DNA from: Podarcis liolepis | Taxonomy: Eukaryota | Direction: 5' to 3' (one strand) | DNA: 64,000 nt | Assembly (NCBI GenBank): GCA_965112155.1 | Contig: OZ218105.1 | Shown here: in pieces, positions 1 to 11,308 of the stretch | How the letters are laid out: every line of letters starts with the position of its first letter | Position numbering within the stretch: position 1 is the stretch's first letter | Translations under genes and position numbers: made by a program | Notes under the pieces: generated by a model | What the model saw: the letters and a program-made list of their open reading frames with translations, nothing else | The model's database searches: none | Told to the model about the DNA's origin: nothing

Positions 1-507
1 TTTTCAGGGTGAGGACATCCTCTTGGCTAACATTGGCCAAGAAACCCATATTAACTAAGAACTATGAATATGTTTCACTACCATTAAAGCACATACTAGA
101 TTTTCCCATTTACCTATGTCAGCAAACCATTGGGCAAAAGATACAATCCAAAAGAGAAATCTTTCCAGAAAAAGCCCCCCATTGATGTAGATTTAAGAGA
201 ATGCACAGCACCTGCCAATTTGCCACCAAAGTCCCTCATTACACAACCAGCTCATTCTATCCTAGGTTTGGTATGGACCATCATCAAAGGTACTTCTTTA
301 CAATGCCAGGTTTCAATTCAGTCTGTTGCACCATTTTGCAACTATAAACTGCAGAACCTGATTCTTACATCAAAGGGCATGTTGTTCAGTGGTAAAAAAA
401 CTGCTCTGCATACAAAGCATGCCTGGTTCAAACCCTGGCATCCTCGGGTAGGTCTGAAAAGATACCTGGACCAATGGTTTGACTCATTAAAATACAGACT
501 TCTATAT

Positions 508-586
508 TCCTGCTTTTCCTGCTTGGCAGGGGGTTGTACTCTATGGCCCTTGTGGTCTCTTCCAACTCTATGATTCTATGATTCTA
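508..586 (+). mobile_element. CR1 extreme 3' fragment
   Basis: Matches the 3' UTR and ATTCTATG tail of the young CR1; empty site at ~25862. Confidence 0.85.
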
Positions 587-1349
587 TTGCTTATGTTACC
601 CTCTCCCACATTGTTTATTATAATGGCAGATTACAAGTCAGCCTACTTGCCCTTAACATATTAACAGTTCAAATTATAAAACAGAAAACTATGAGGGCCC
701 AGATTTGTTTGCTCAAAATGTCGATGGTTTAAAAGGCCCGGATACATAAAAAGGTCATCTAACCCTGAAAAGGGTACTCAGAGTTCCTCCCCTGGAAGGC
801 AATTCCACAGGTGGGGTGCCACCAGCAAGAAGACCCTCTAAGTAATGCCATGTATATAACTGGGAAGCCTGCTCTAATCCGGGCTCCTGTGTGCAGGTAC
901 TTCAGCAGCTGCAGCTACAGGTATGTCGTCCACACCTTGGAGGTATGTATATTCTGGGACACATTGGTGTATCTGCAGTGGCTATGATGTTCTGAGCGAG
1001 TTTTAATATGCAGAAAGTCCAAAGGCAGAGGACCTAAATAGCAGGAGGGCTGAAGGAAAGAATCTGAACTCAACAATGGGCTGGGAAGAGGTGGCCTGCC
1101 TGAGAAATGGAAGGGTGGAAGAAGAGAGGAGGAGAGAGGAAACATCAAATGCAGACGATGGACCAGCGATGAAGACAGAGGGAAATGAGGAAAAAAGTTT
1201 CACATGAACTTGAAATAAACAGATCATTTTAAAATTGAAGCATGCTCCAAAATAACAAAATATATCGTCAATAAATTTCAAAAGAAATACACGAACATCT
1301 TATATGCCTAATTATCAATGTCAAAGTGACTAACTGGTGTACTTGGAAA

Positions 1350-3779
1350 TTATTTCACCTTTTCCTCTGATTCTTCTTTCCCCGCCTGTTCAGGAATATC
1401 TTGGGAAGCAGAAGGAGGGGTCTGGTTCACATTGAGGTTTGGGTCTCCCACAGAAAAAACAGGAATGAGGGGCCTGAGGAATCTGAACTCGCTGCTCAAG
1501 GACCCACCGGTTAAGCAAACGTCGTAGTGGTAACTCCTGGAAAGAGACCCGCTCTGAGAATCGCCACCGTTCTCTGGGATGTCGGGTCTGGCAGGTGGGA
1601 AGTGAGGAGGGGCAGCGATAAAACTTTCCCTGGGATCCCTCCTGCAGATCTTGATGGCAGCAAAGGAAACAATGCAAACGAGGAACACAAAGGAGACTGC
1701 AGCCAGGCAGATCACCAAGTACAAGGTCAAGGTCCCATCTTCTTCTTGCTCCTCTTTACTGACCTCCACAGCCTTCATATATGGATCCGAAAAGCCACCC
1801 ACGGGCACGACATGGAGCATTGCAGTGCTGCTCTGGGGAGGGAGCCCGTTGTCCCTGACCACTATCAGGAGTCTCTGCTTGCTGGTGTCTCGCTCGCTCA
1901 GGGCTCTCCTGGTTCTCACTTCCCCATTCTGGGCTCCTATGCTGAAAAGACCAGGGTCTGTGGCCTTCAGCAGCTCATAGGAAAGCCACGAGTTCTGGCC
2001 AGAATCTCCATCCACAGCCACCACCTTGGTGACCAGGTAGCCGGCCCCCACCGACTTGGGCACCAGCTCATTGCAGGGGGAAGTGCTGTTCTGAAGAGGG
2101 TAGAGGAAGAAGGGAGCGTTGTCGTTTTCGTCTATGATTACGACTCGGACAGTAACTTCTGAGCTGAGGGAAGGAGACCCTCCATCTGTAGCCCTCACCG
2201 TCACTTTGAAATCTTTGATCTGCTCGTAATCCAGAGATCGGAGGGCATACAGATTTCCGCTTTCAGAGCTGACTGAGATGTAAGAGGCCACAAGGCCATC
2301 AGTGACCTTCCCAGGCAAAAGGGAGTAGGTGACCTTGGCATTCTTCTCGGTGTCCAGATCCGCAGCATGGACTGAGCCAATGAGCAATCCTGGAATATTG
2401 TTTTCCCGTATCTGCATTTCACATGAAGACTTTTCAAATACTGGAGGGTTGTCGTTGACATCTGAGATTTGAACATTAATAACTCTTGTTGAAGTGAGCC
2501 TGGGGGAGCCCTGGTCAACAGCTGTGATGGTGATATTATATTCCGGGACCTTTTCTCTGTCCAAGGGACTTTGGACCACAAGCTGGTAATAGTTATTCAT
2601 AGTGGGTTTTAACACAAAAGGAATATTTACCTCCACAGAGCACATGGTTCTGCCATTGTCTCCAGAGTCTTGGTCTGTGACAGTGAAAAGAGCCACAAGT
2701 GTCTCCAGGGGAGAATCCTCTGCCAAAGGACTACTGATGGATATGATGGACACTTCAGGGACATTGTCATTCACGTCTTCGACATCTACCAGGACCTTGC
2801 AGTGACCTGAAAGACCGCCAGCATCTGTTGCCCTGATGTTCATGTCATAGCTAGTTTCTTCTTCATAATCAAGCTGACCAGAAAGGGTGATTTCCCCAGT
2901 GATTTCATTTAGGTGGAACAGATAATATATTTCTTCAGGTACATGGTTGAATGAATACGTTATCTGAGAATTTGAGCCAAAATCCAAATCTGTAGCTTCC
3001 ACTTTGAAGACCAGAGTACCCCGTGGGCTGTTTTCCTTTAACCTTACTTTATATTCTGAATGAGTAAACTGTGGGGAATTATCATTGATGTCAAGAACAT
3101 CAATATTTATTTTAACCATGCCTGTTCTCTGAGGCTCCCCTCCATCCACAGCTGTGAGAGTCAGTCCAAAGTGTGGGTCCTTCTCCCTGTCCAGTGGTTT
3201 CTCCAGGACAAGATCCACATATTTTCTTCCAGTTTTGTTGTTCTCCATGCTAAGCATGAAATGTTCATTGGGACTGAGAGTGTAGTTTTGGATGTTATTT
3301 ATCCCCAGGTCCTCATCTCGGGCAAATTCCAAGGGGAAATGTGTATTTGGAGAGACATTTTCAGGAATTTCCAGATCAAATGCCTTTTTAGAGAATTTGG
3401 GGACATTATCATTCACATCTTCTATCTTGACTTCAATACTGAAGATCTTTAAGGGATTTTGCAACACAATTTCAGACTGTAACAAGCAAGGATCAGTCTG
3501 GCCACATAATGTTTCTCGGTCTATTTTATCATTTATCAACAAATTCCCAGAATGGGGATCCATACGAAAATATTGCTTACTGTTCTTAGAAACCAGCTGG
3601 GCTCTGCGAGCAGAGAGCTCCCCTGTTCCCAGTTTCAAATCCTCCAGCACATTAGCCACCAAAGACCCCCTTTTCTTTTCTTCAGGCACAGAATAATGAA
3701 GTGATATACTCAGTGCTCCAGGAAGACAAAGGAAAAGCAAAAAATACAGACCTTGTTCCTTTCTGTAGCCGTCTCCCAT
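1350..3779 (-). CDS. PCDHB: Clustered protocadherin, beta-type, subfamily A (gene 1)
   Basis: 809-aa ORF with signal peptide, six cadherin repeats (DxNDN, LDRE/LDYE), EC1 C-x5-C (LCGQTDPC), beta-type EC6 entry (PFFLYPLQNSTSPCNELVP), TM and beta-type tail (YDVCLTGGSLSSEFRFLRP). Splice donor AAG|GTGAAA at 1359/1358. Symbol is family-level only. Confidence 0.93.
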   Translation of the reverse strand: MGDGYRKEQGLYFLLFLCLPGALSISLHYSVPEEKKRGSLVANVLEDLKLGTGELSARRAQLVSKNSKQYFRMDPHSGNLLINDKIDRETLCGQTDPCLLQSEIVLQNPLKIFSIEVKIEDVNDNVPKFSKKAFDLEIPENVSPNTHFPLEFARDEDLGINNIQNYTLSPNEHFMLSMENNKTGRKYVDLVLEKPLDREKDPHFGLTLTAVDGGEPQRTGMVKINIDVLDINDNSPQFTHSEYKVRLKENSPRGTLVFKVEATDLDFGSNSQITYSFNHVPEEIYYLFHLNEITGEITLSGQLDYEEETSYDMNIRATDAGGLSGHCKVLVDVEDVNDNVPEVSIISISSPLAEDSPLETLVALFTVTDQDSGDNGRTMCSVEVNIPFVLKPTMNNYYQLVVQSPLDREKVPEYNITITAVDQGSPRLTSTRVINVQISDVNDNPPVFEKSSCEMQIRENNIPGLLIGSVHAADLDTEKNAKVTYSLLPGKVTDGLVASYISVSSESGNLYALRSLDYEQIKDFKVTVRATDGGSPSLSSEVTVRVVIIDENDNAPFFLYPLQNSTSPCNELVPKSVGAGYLVTKVVAVDGDSGQNSWLSYELLKATDPGLFSIGAQNGEVRTRRALSERDTSKQRLLIVVRDNGLPPQSSTAMLHVVPVGGFSDPYMKAVEVSKEEQEEDGTLTLYLVICLAAVSFVFLVCIVSFAAIKICRRDPRESFIAAPPHFPPARPDIPENGGDSQSGSLSRSYHYDVCLTGGSLSSEFRFLRPLIPVFSVGDPNLNVNQTPPSASQDIPEQAGKEESEEKVK

Positions 3780-4009
3780 GGCTCAAGAATCTCTGGCCAA
3801 AAGATGAAGTTTCTGACACACTTCCAATGATAATCTCTGCTGCTGTAGAAATGAATTTGATGCTGCCGTGTTGATGCCTTTGCTGTGCTCTATGTTATCT
3901 CTTTATCGCATATGAAAGTCACCCGTCCTTTGTTCCAGCCACCTTTTTGTTCATGGCTTCCTGTGAGTTCCTTCACAAAATTCTGAATTCCAGTTCATGT
4001 CTTTGCCTG

Positions 4010-4028
4010 TACTACCACCGTGTGGCTG
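4010..4028 (-). promoter_or_regulatory. Pcdh promoter CSE / CTCF-type motif, gene 1
   Basis: CAGCCACACGGTGGTAGTA resembles the CTCF core, ~230 bp upstream of the ATG; a counterpart occurs at this position for all ten genes. Confidence 0.75.
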
Positions 4029-4542
4029 AGCAAAGAAAAGCCACTAAGATTCAGTAAATAACACTGAATGCAGTGCACATTATACTGAACAGGAAAGGTT
4101 CAGATTCACAGTTTCTCTGTTCATAAAAGACTGTTTTATTACTAGGAAGATGCCTCTTTTCCATTTGAATGAGTGCAGATATCACAAAACAATGCATTAC
4201 CTTCTATAGTTCTTCTACACTGTTGTGAATGGGGGGGGGGTGTCAATCTAATACTGGGAAATTCAGATGCACAGCACCTGCTCTTGTGAAACAATCTCCC
4301 TCCCTCCCACCTCAATCAAACATTTTGCAATGACGAAAGTGACAGGAAAATGCCTTGGAAAGTGTATGATAACTTTTGCTTGATGCCATATGGCCTTCAC
4401 ACAGAGAATGTAGCAGGCTATTAATATGTATATATTGATTACAATATGGGAGTGCATTACATTGATTTTTTGTAAAAAAAAATCTTATACACAGGATTGT
4501 TCTTCTTTTTCCTCATTTCCCCTCTTTTTCTCTTTGTATCAC

Positions 4543-4548
4543 TTTATT
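4543..4548 (-). terminator. Candidate poly(A) signal downstream of B genes (also 15933-15938, 40627-40632)
   Basis: AATAAA ~330 nt after the read-through stop; conservation may only reflect recent duplication. Confidence 0.35.
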
Positions 4549-4879
4549 TCTTTTTTAAAAAGTAGTAAACTGGTCATCTGAAAGCAACCTGTATCTCAGG
4601 TTATGCGTGACACCCCCTCCCATTCAGAGTGTTTAAAGGGGTTATGAAGTTATTCTATAGCACATCAAACCACAAAAATATTAATATGAAAGTGTATATT
4701 CCTCTATGCGAGGACAGAAACAACAATATCAGAATACAAGGACACAGGTAAACTGAGCAGAATTTTTAAAGTAGAATTTCAAACCCACATTCATATTTTG
4801 TGCACTCTGCTGAATTCAGGCTACCACCTCACAGATACAAGGGGACCAAACTAGAGAGAGAAAATGAAATTAAACCATA

Positions 4880-7330
4880 CTAAAAGGATTCAAATGCTGA
4901 ACTCACCTGGATAATGTTTTGACTTTCACCTGCATGACTTGGGACACCTTCAGAATCATTGGAACTCCTTGGATTCAGCTGAGTGTTAGGAGGCTCCACA
5001 GAGAAAACAGGAAACAGGGGCCTGAGAAACCTGAACTCGCTGTTCAGAGACCCACCAGCTAAGCACACCTCATAGTTGTAAGCCTGGGATAGAGATCCAG
5101 CACCAGAATCCGCAGAGTTCTCCTGGGAATCAGGTCCCACCGGGAAATTGGCTCCAGAGTTGTAGGTTCCTATGAACTTTTCACGTTTCTGCAACTTGAT
5201 TACAACAAACGCCACTACAGAAATGAGAAAGATGCTTGAGATGGCAGCCAAGCAGATGATCAAATACATCGTCAGGCTGGGGTCTTCCTCCTCCGCTGTT
5301 TCCTCCTTTGGGAGAGCCACACTTTTCAGATAAGGGTCAGAGAAGCCGTCCACTAGCAGGATTCTGAGCGTGGCAGAGGTGGACTGGGGAGGATGGCCGT
5401 TGTCTCGGACCACCACAATCAGATTCTGCTTGAAGCTGTCTCGGTTGCTGACCGGCCTCAGGGTGGTCACTTCTCCATTCTGGGCCCCCACCGTGAACAG
5501 ACCCGGCTCTGTGGCCTTCAGCAGCTGGTAGGAAAGCCAAGAGTTCTGCGCAGAATCCCTGTCCACAGCCACCACCTTGGTGACCAGGTAGCCAGTCTCT
5601 GCCCCTCGGGGAACCAGGTCATTCGAGGGGGAAGTGCCATTCTGGAGAGGGTAGAGGATGAAGGGGGCATTGTCATTTTCATCCACAACCTGAACGCGGA
5701 TGGGAACTTCGGAGCTCAGTGGAGGGGAACCTGAATCCACAGCCCTCACCGTCACCTGGAAATCTTGTACTTCCTCATAATCCAGAGACCGGATGGCATA
5801 CAGGCTCCCCGTTTCAGAGTTGATGGAGATGTAAGAGGATGTGGGGCCATCATTGACCTTCCCAGGCAAAAGCGAGTAGGTCACTTTGGCATTCTGCGCT
5901 GTGTCCAGATCAACAGCATGGACCGAATTGATCAGAAGACCAGGAATATTGTTTTCTCTTAACTGCATTTCATAGAATGGCTTTTCAAAGACTGGAGGGT
6001 TGTCATTGACATCTGACACTTCAACATGAAGTATTATTGTGGAAGTGAGTCTGGGAGAGCCTCTGTCTGTGGCTGTGATGGTGATGTTATACTCAGAGGC
6101 TTGTTCTCTGTCCAGTGGTTGTTGGGTCACCAGCTGGTAATAGTTGTTCTCCGTGGGTTTGAGCACAAATGGCAGGTTGACTTCAGTGGTGCAGGCAGTT
6201 CTGCCACCGTCTCCAGAGTCCACATCTGTGACACTGAAGAGGGCCACCACTGTGTCTGGGGGAGAGTCCTCAGGTAAGGGGCTGGTGATGGAAGTGATTG
6301 ATATCTCTGGGGCATTGTCGTTCTCATCTTCAATGTCTACAATTACTTTGCAGTAAGCAGAAAGCCCCCCTCCATCTGTGGCTTTGATGTGCATCTCATA
6401 ACTGGTGATTTCTTCATAGTCAGTCATCCCTACAATAGTAAGTTCCCCAGTGTGTTTGTTTAACTTGAATGATCTCAACACATCTTCTGGAACTTCACTG
6501 AAGGAATAAGTGATGTGAGCATTGGTACCAGAATCCCTGTCAGTGGCTTCCACTTTTGCAACCAATGTATCCAATGGGCTGTTTTCCATTAGTTTCACTT
6601 TGTACTCAGATTGTGGAAAATGAGGTACATTATCATTAGCATCCAGAATATCGATGAGAAGCTGTGCTGTTCCAGTTCTTTTTGGGATCCCCCCATCGAT
6701 AGCTGACAGAGTAAGATAAATGTGTGGATTCACCTCACGGTCTAGCGGTTTCTCTAATACCAGTTCTGCGTATTTGCTACCATCACTGTGACTTTTCAAA
6801 CTCAGCCTAAAATGTTCATTAGGACTAAGGGTGTAGTTCTGAACAGCATTTTTTCCTTTGTCTGAGTCTTGAGCTTTTTCCAAAGGAAATCGGGTATTTG
6901 TTGGAATTTGCTCAGAAATTTCAAGAAGGAATTGATTTTTAGAGAATTTTGGGGAATTATCATTCACGTCCTCTATCTGAACTTCAATTCTGTGTAGCTG
7001 CAATGGCTTTTCCAGCACAACTTCAGACAGTAGAACACAAGGTTCATTCTGACCACATAGGGACTCCCGATCTATTTTATCCTTTACTGTCACATCCCCA
7101 GAATGAGGATCCAGCTGGAAATACTGCTTGGAGCTCTTAGAAACCAGCCGGGCTCTCCGAGCAGACAGCTCCTTTGCATCCACTCTCAAATCCTTCAGCA
7201 CATTCGCTACCAGAAACCCACTTTTCTCCTCCTCTGCCACTGAATAGCGGAAAGACTCACACATGGCTATGCATGCACAGAGACACAGGGAAAAAGACCA
7301 AACTTGCCTGATCTTGAGATGCAATTCCAT
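4880..7330 (-). CDS. PCDHB: Clustered protocadherin, beta-type, subfamily B (gene 2)
   Basis: Open ORF with the same architecture. Start placed at MELHLK (7330, context AGAATGG), which aligns with the starts of genes 8 and 10; an in-frame ATG also exists at 7363. Donor CAG|GTGAGT at 4907/4906. Confidence 0.92.
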   Translation of the reverse strand: MELHLKIRQVWSFSLCLCACIAMCESFRYSVAEEEKSGFLVANVLKDLRVDAKELSARRARLVSKSSKQYFQLDPHSGDVTVKDKIDRESLCGQNEPCVLLSEVVLEKPLQLHRIEVQIEDVNDNSPKFSKNQFLLEISEQIPTNTRFPLEKAQDSDKGKNAVQNYTLSPNEHFRLSLKSHSDGSKYAELVLEKPLDREVNPHIYLTLSAIDGGIPKRTGTAQLLIDILDANDNVPHFPQSEYKVKLMENSPLDTLVAKVEATDRDSGTNAHITYSFSEVPEDVLRSFKLNKHTGELTIVGMTDYEEITSYEMHIKATDGGGLSAYCKVIVDIEDENDNAPEISITSITSPLPEDSPPDTVVALFSVTDVDSGDGGRTACTTEVNLPFVLKPTENNYYQLVTQQPLDREQASEYNITITATDRGSPRLTSTIILHVEVSDVNDNPPVFEKPFYEMQLRENNIPGLLINSVHAVDLDTAQNAKVTYSLLPGKVNDGPTSSYISINSETGSLYAIRSLDYEEVQDFQVTVRAVDSGSPPLSSEVPIRVQVVDENDNAPFILYPLQNGTSPSNDLVPRGAETGYLVTKVVAVDRDSAQNSWLSYQLLKATEPGLFTVGAQNGEVTTLRPVSNRDSFKQNLIVVVRDNGHPPQSTSATLRILLVDGFSDPYLKSVALPKEETAEEEDPSLTMYLIICLAAISSIFLISVVAFVVIKLQKREKFIGTYNSGANFPVGPDSQENSADSGAGSLSQAYNYEVCLAGGSLNSEFRFLRPLFPVFSVEPPNTQLNPRSSNDSEGVPSHAGESQNIIQVSSAFESF

Positions 7331-7567
7331 TCTCCCAGCCTCTCCTCCTGAAATGCAAGGCATTGTCCTCTTGTCTATTCCAAGGCGTGTCTCTTCTTAG
7401 CTGTATTTATCTTCTGAAAGTGACACTGCTTATTCCTACTGGAATTTCTGAAGACTGGCTTGCAATAGGGATCTGCTCTTTTCCTGTGCTGATTCCTTTG
7501 TCTAATGGCTACAGCTCTTCAGGAGAGCAACTGCTGCTCCCCAATTTCCTTCTTTTATCTTGTGCAA

Positions 7568-7586
7568 TACCACCACCTTGTGTTTG
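7568..7586 (-). promoter_or_regulatory. CSE / CTCF-type motif, gene 2
   Basis: CAAACACAAGGTGGTGGTA ~240 bp upstream of the ATG; weaker CTCF match. Confidence 0.65.
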
Positions 7587-9267
7587 AACTATGTTATGGT
7601 GTTACAAAAAACAAAAGATTTTCCAGAATAAGAGCTGGTAAACATGAGCATCCATGTGGAGATGCAAGAGAGCAGCCACCCCAATGGAACATAAACCCCA
7701 TATTCCCAGCTTTCTTTCTTTTTAAGAGTTTCTTTAGAACCCGAGATATGAAATACAGTAAAAAAATATATATTTTTCTCCTTTTGATGATGATGACAAT
7801 TTGGTGAGAAATTATAGTATTATCACCCTACCGTTACTTCCATGAATTCCTGCAGATACAATATGAGCTGTATGACTTGTGTCCAGCTAAGTCATTCACA
7901 GTGTACACAAAATGAAATCAATGCGCATGATTTTTTAAATTTATTTTTTACATCCATTGATCTCTTTTAGTTCCACTTAGTTGAATACAATCCTTAGAAC
8001 CTTGTTCCTGCTCCCAAAATTATTAAGTCATGTTTTACATTTCTTAGGCTACTAAAACCTCCTAATGTTTGTTCCCCCAACCACCCATCACAGCCTAACC
8101 TACAGTACCCACAAGGCTGCTGGGAGGATAAAATGTGAAGCAGGAGAACTATGTAGACCACATGGAACAACTTTTACATTATTAATGTAAAAATAAATAA
8201 AAACAGTCTATCTGCTAAAAAGGGAAAGATAGGCTTGGAATGAAGGAGAGTTCCCAGCCATGATGACTGACTGGTGAATATACTTCAAAGGGCATTTCAT
8301 TAGAATGAACGTCATGTCCTACAGGCAACTCCCCCTCTTTCTCTAAAGCATACACCACACACATGCCCTTCCAGACATGTTAGCTTTCTGTATTATTAAG
8401 GTTTCCCTGGCCATTCTGTCATTTCACTTCCACACAGAAGATGAATATGTGCTTTTCAATATAAAGTTCACATACACCTGTAAACATGGGCATGTGAGTA
8501 AGAGTCCCTGTTACTTACTACTCATTTAACTGGGTTCCATCTTCCTAATGTGAAATATACAAGTAGGAGCCTAGTATAAAATGTTGTACAGATTAGTAAA
8601 ACAGTTCAGTGCCCCCCACAAAAATAGGCTATTCTTTCTCTCTCTTGCTTCCCTTCCCCATGGGACATTCTTTCTCTAGTCCCCTCTTTCCCAGCTGAAC
8701 GTTCTCTATAGCTGGGGCCCAGAGAGGAACCTCTGTGTCCGATCTTATCCCCAGTCAGTTGGGTCTCCCACCTTGTGACACCTGGCATATCTGCACACAC
8801 AGAGTTCAGTCAACACATGGCACTCCCATCAGCCATGGGCAGAAATACAGTAGGACACTTGCCATAATGCATATACTTAATACAGATGTTTATATTGATA
8901 CTTTATGAATAAATCTCATAATGTAAGATAATAAAGATCTTGTAGAACACAATGAGAAACAAGTTTCTAAATACTTCGTGATCCATCATGTGGTGTGGAA
9001 GTTGTTTATAGGAAATGATATTTGTTCCAATGAAATATCATTTAAAGAATCATGTAGGAATAGAACAAACTTCAGTTCCATCCTGAACATCTCAACATGC
9101 ACCCGTGGAATTGATTTATGATGTATGACAGCTGATTACCCTCAACGGCATTTCTGCAGGTTTCTGAATACAATGGGAGACAATACTACTTAAGTCTCAG
9201 GTGGTTGCTGTGACTAGCAGAATCTTTTTCTATCTCTTTTAGGCACCACGTATTTCTGGGGTGTTTT

Positions 9268-9360
9268 ACAACACAATCCTAACCAAGTCTAATCAGAGGA
9301 AAGTACTATTCAATTGAATGGTGCTTATTCCTAGGTAAGTGGGGTTAGGATTGCAGCCCT
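9268..9360. repeat. Short palindromic MITE-like repeat (paralogs ~23665-23755, ~35410-35500)
   Basis: 11-bp inverted repeat CAATCCTAACC … GGTTAGGATTG around a partly palindromic centre. Confidence 0.55.
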
Positions 9361-10364
9361 AGTCATCATCATATGCTGTGGTCCAAGGATGCTGGCTAGA
9401 CACCAACCCTCTTCCCCACTTCTGGGTTCTCAAGCACATGCTTCTTGGCTCAGGGGATAGGACCAAGTTGCTTCTTTAATTTGTGCTGAGGGTGTGGAGA
9501 ATGGAGGGAACACAAGAGCCTCTTCCAAGCAATGGTAAAGACTTCTGATGTGCTTGATCTGACACCAGTCTGGTGGGAACTCAGGTTACAGGGTCTGTGC
9601 ACGGCTGAGTGTTCTGTTCAGTAAGTCTTACAGCACAATCTTAACCATGTCTAATCATGTCCTGCACTTGCAGGAAGGCACTATACAAAAAAATATGTTG
9701 CCAAGTTTCAAAGTATAAGCCATAGAACTTAATGTCTCCACTCCTCATTTCTCATGATAATGGTGGGATGTGATTCACCCAAATCAGCCTTGACTAGGTT
9801 CCTATAGCTAAGAGCATATAGGACTTTTTCATCTCCTTCCCCCATCGCTTTATTGTTCCTCACTCAGCCACACTCTGTCAGTGTCTTCAACTGATCCCCT
9901 TCACCTGAAACTCACTTACTAACTGCACAAATGTCCCTCCACCTGACCATCTCTTTCAGGGTGGGGACACCATAATGTAATCCTATTGGCTAACATTGGA
10001 CCAAAAAAGCATTTTAAATAAAAAAAACCCTATGAATATGTTTCACTACCACTATATTAGAACACATACTAGACTTTCCTGTTGACCTAAGTCAGCAAAC
10101 CATTTTGCAAAAGATACAGTCCAAAAGAGAAACCTTTCCAGAAAAAGCAACCCAGTGAAGTAGATGGAAGAAAATGCACAGCACCTGCCAATTTGCCACC
10201 CTCATTACACAAACAACTCATTGAAAACAAGCCATTCCTTATCATTTATATCCCAGGATTGGTATGGACCATCCTCAAAGGTACTTCTTTACAATACCAG
10301 GTTTCAAGTTGGTCTGTTGAACCATTTTGCAACTATAAACTGCAGAACCTGGTTCTAACATCAA

Positions 10365-10545
10365 AGGGCTTGTTGTTCAGTGGTAAAAAAGTGCTCTGCA
10401 TACAAAGCATGCCTGGTTCAAACCCTGGCATCCTCAGGTAGGTCTGAAAAGATACCTGTCTGAAATCCTGGAGAGCTACTGCCAGACATTCCTGAGATAG
10501 ATGGACCAAAGTTTTGACTCATTAAAAGACAGATTTCTATATTGC
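10365..10545 (+). mobile_element. Old tRNA-derived SINE carried in the duplicated unit (paralogs ~374-507, ~25730-25866, ~36496-36675)
   Basis: Degenerate A/B boxes (TTCAGTGG; GGTTCAAACCC); body similar to the SINE at 48966. Confidence 0.6.
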
Positions 10546-11308
10546 TTCTTACGTTCCCCTGTCCCACATTGTTCATTATACAGTAATGGCAGATTACATG
10601 TCAGCTTGCTTGCCCTTAACATATTAGCTGTTCAAATTATAAATCAGAGAACTATGAGAGCCCAGATTTGTTTGCTCAAAATGCCAATGGTTTAAAGGCC
10701 TGGATAAATAAAATCTAACACTGAAAAGGGTACTCAGTGATTCTAGGCAATTCCACAGGTGGGGTGCCACCAGCAAGAAGACCCTCTAAATAATGTCATG
10801 TATATAACTGGGAAGCCTGCTCTAATCAGGGCTCCCGTGTGCAGGTACTTCAGCAGCTGCAGTTACAGGTATGTCGTCCACACCTTGGAGGTATGTATAT
10901 TCTGGGACACATTGGTGTATCTGCAGTGGCTATGATGTTCTGAGCGAGTTTTAATATGCAGAAAGTCCAAAAGCAGAGGACCTAAATAGCAGGAGGGCTG
11001 AAGGAAAGAATCTGAACTCAACAATGGGCTGAGAAGAGGTGGCCTGCCTGAGAAATGGAAGGGTGGAAGAAGAGAGGAGGAGAGAGGAAATAGCAAATGG
11101 AGATGATGGACCAGCAATGAAGACAGAGGGAAGAGAGAAAAAAGGTTTCATACAGACTTGAAATAAACAAATGATTTTTAAACTGAAGCATGCTCTAAAA
11201 TGTCAAAATATATTGTCAATAAATTTCAAAAGAAATACAAGAACATCTGATATGCCTAATTACCAAGCATATATCAATATCAAAGTAACTAACTGGTGGA
11301 CTTGGAAA

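Noticed and set aside
130-573. 147-aa plus-strand ORF and similar spacer ORFs
   Set aside because: Runs through SINE and CR1 remnants; frames are not preserved between paralogous spacers.
915-1148. Pcdh constant exon in the spacer
   Set aside because: No match to gamma (QAPPNTDWRF) or alpha (PNPDWRY) constant-exon motifs in any frame; I found no constant exons in this window.
1527-2162. Recurrent 211-aa antisense ORF (also 11486, 26816, 37623, 50704) and 113-aa antisense ORFs in B genes
   Set aside because: Shadows of the GC-rich, homogenised Pcdh coding strand; non-ATG starts and no recognisable domain. Recurrence is explained by duplication and conversion.
4851-4906. Acceptor-like TTTTCTCTCTCTAG just after the B-gene donor
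   Set aside because: The implied intron is ~56 nt, below the usual vertebrate minimum.
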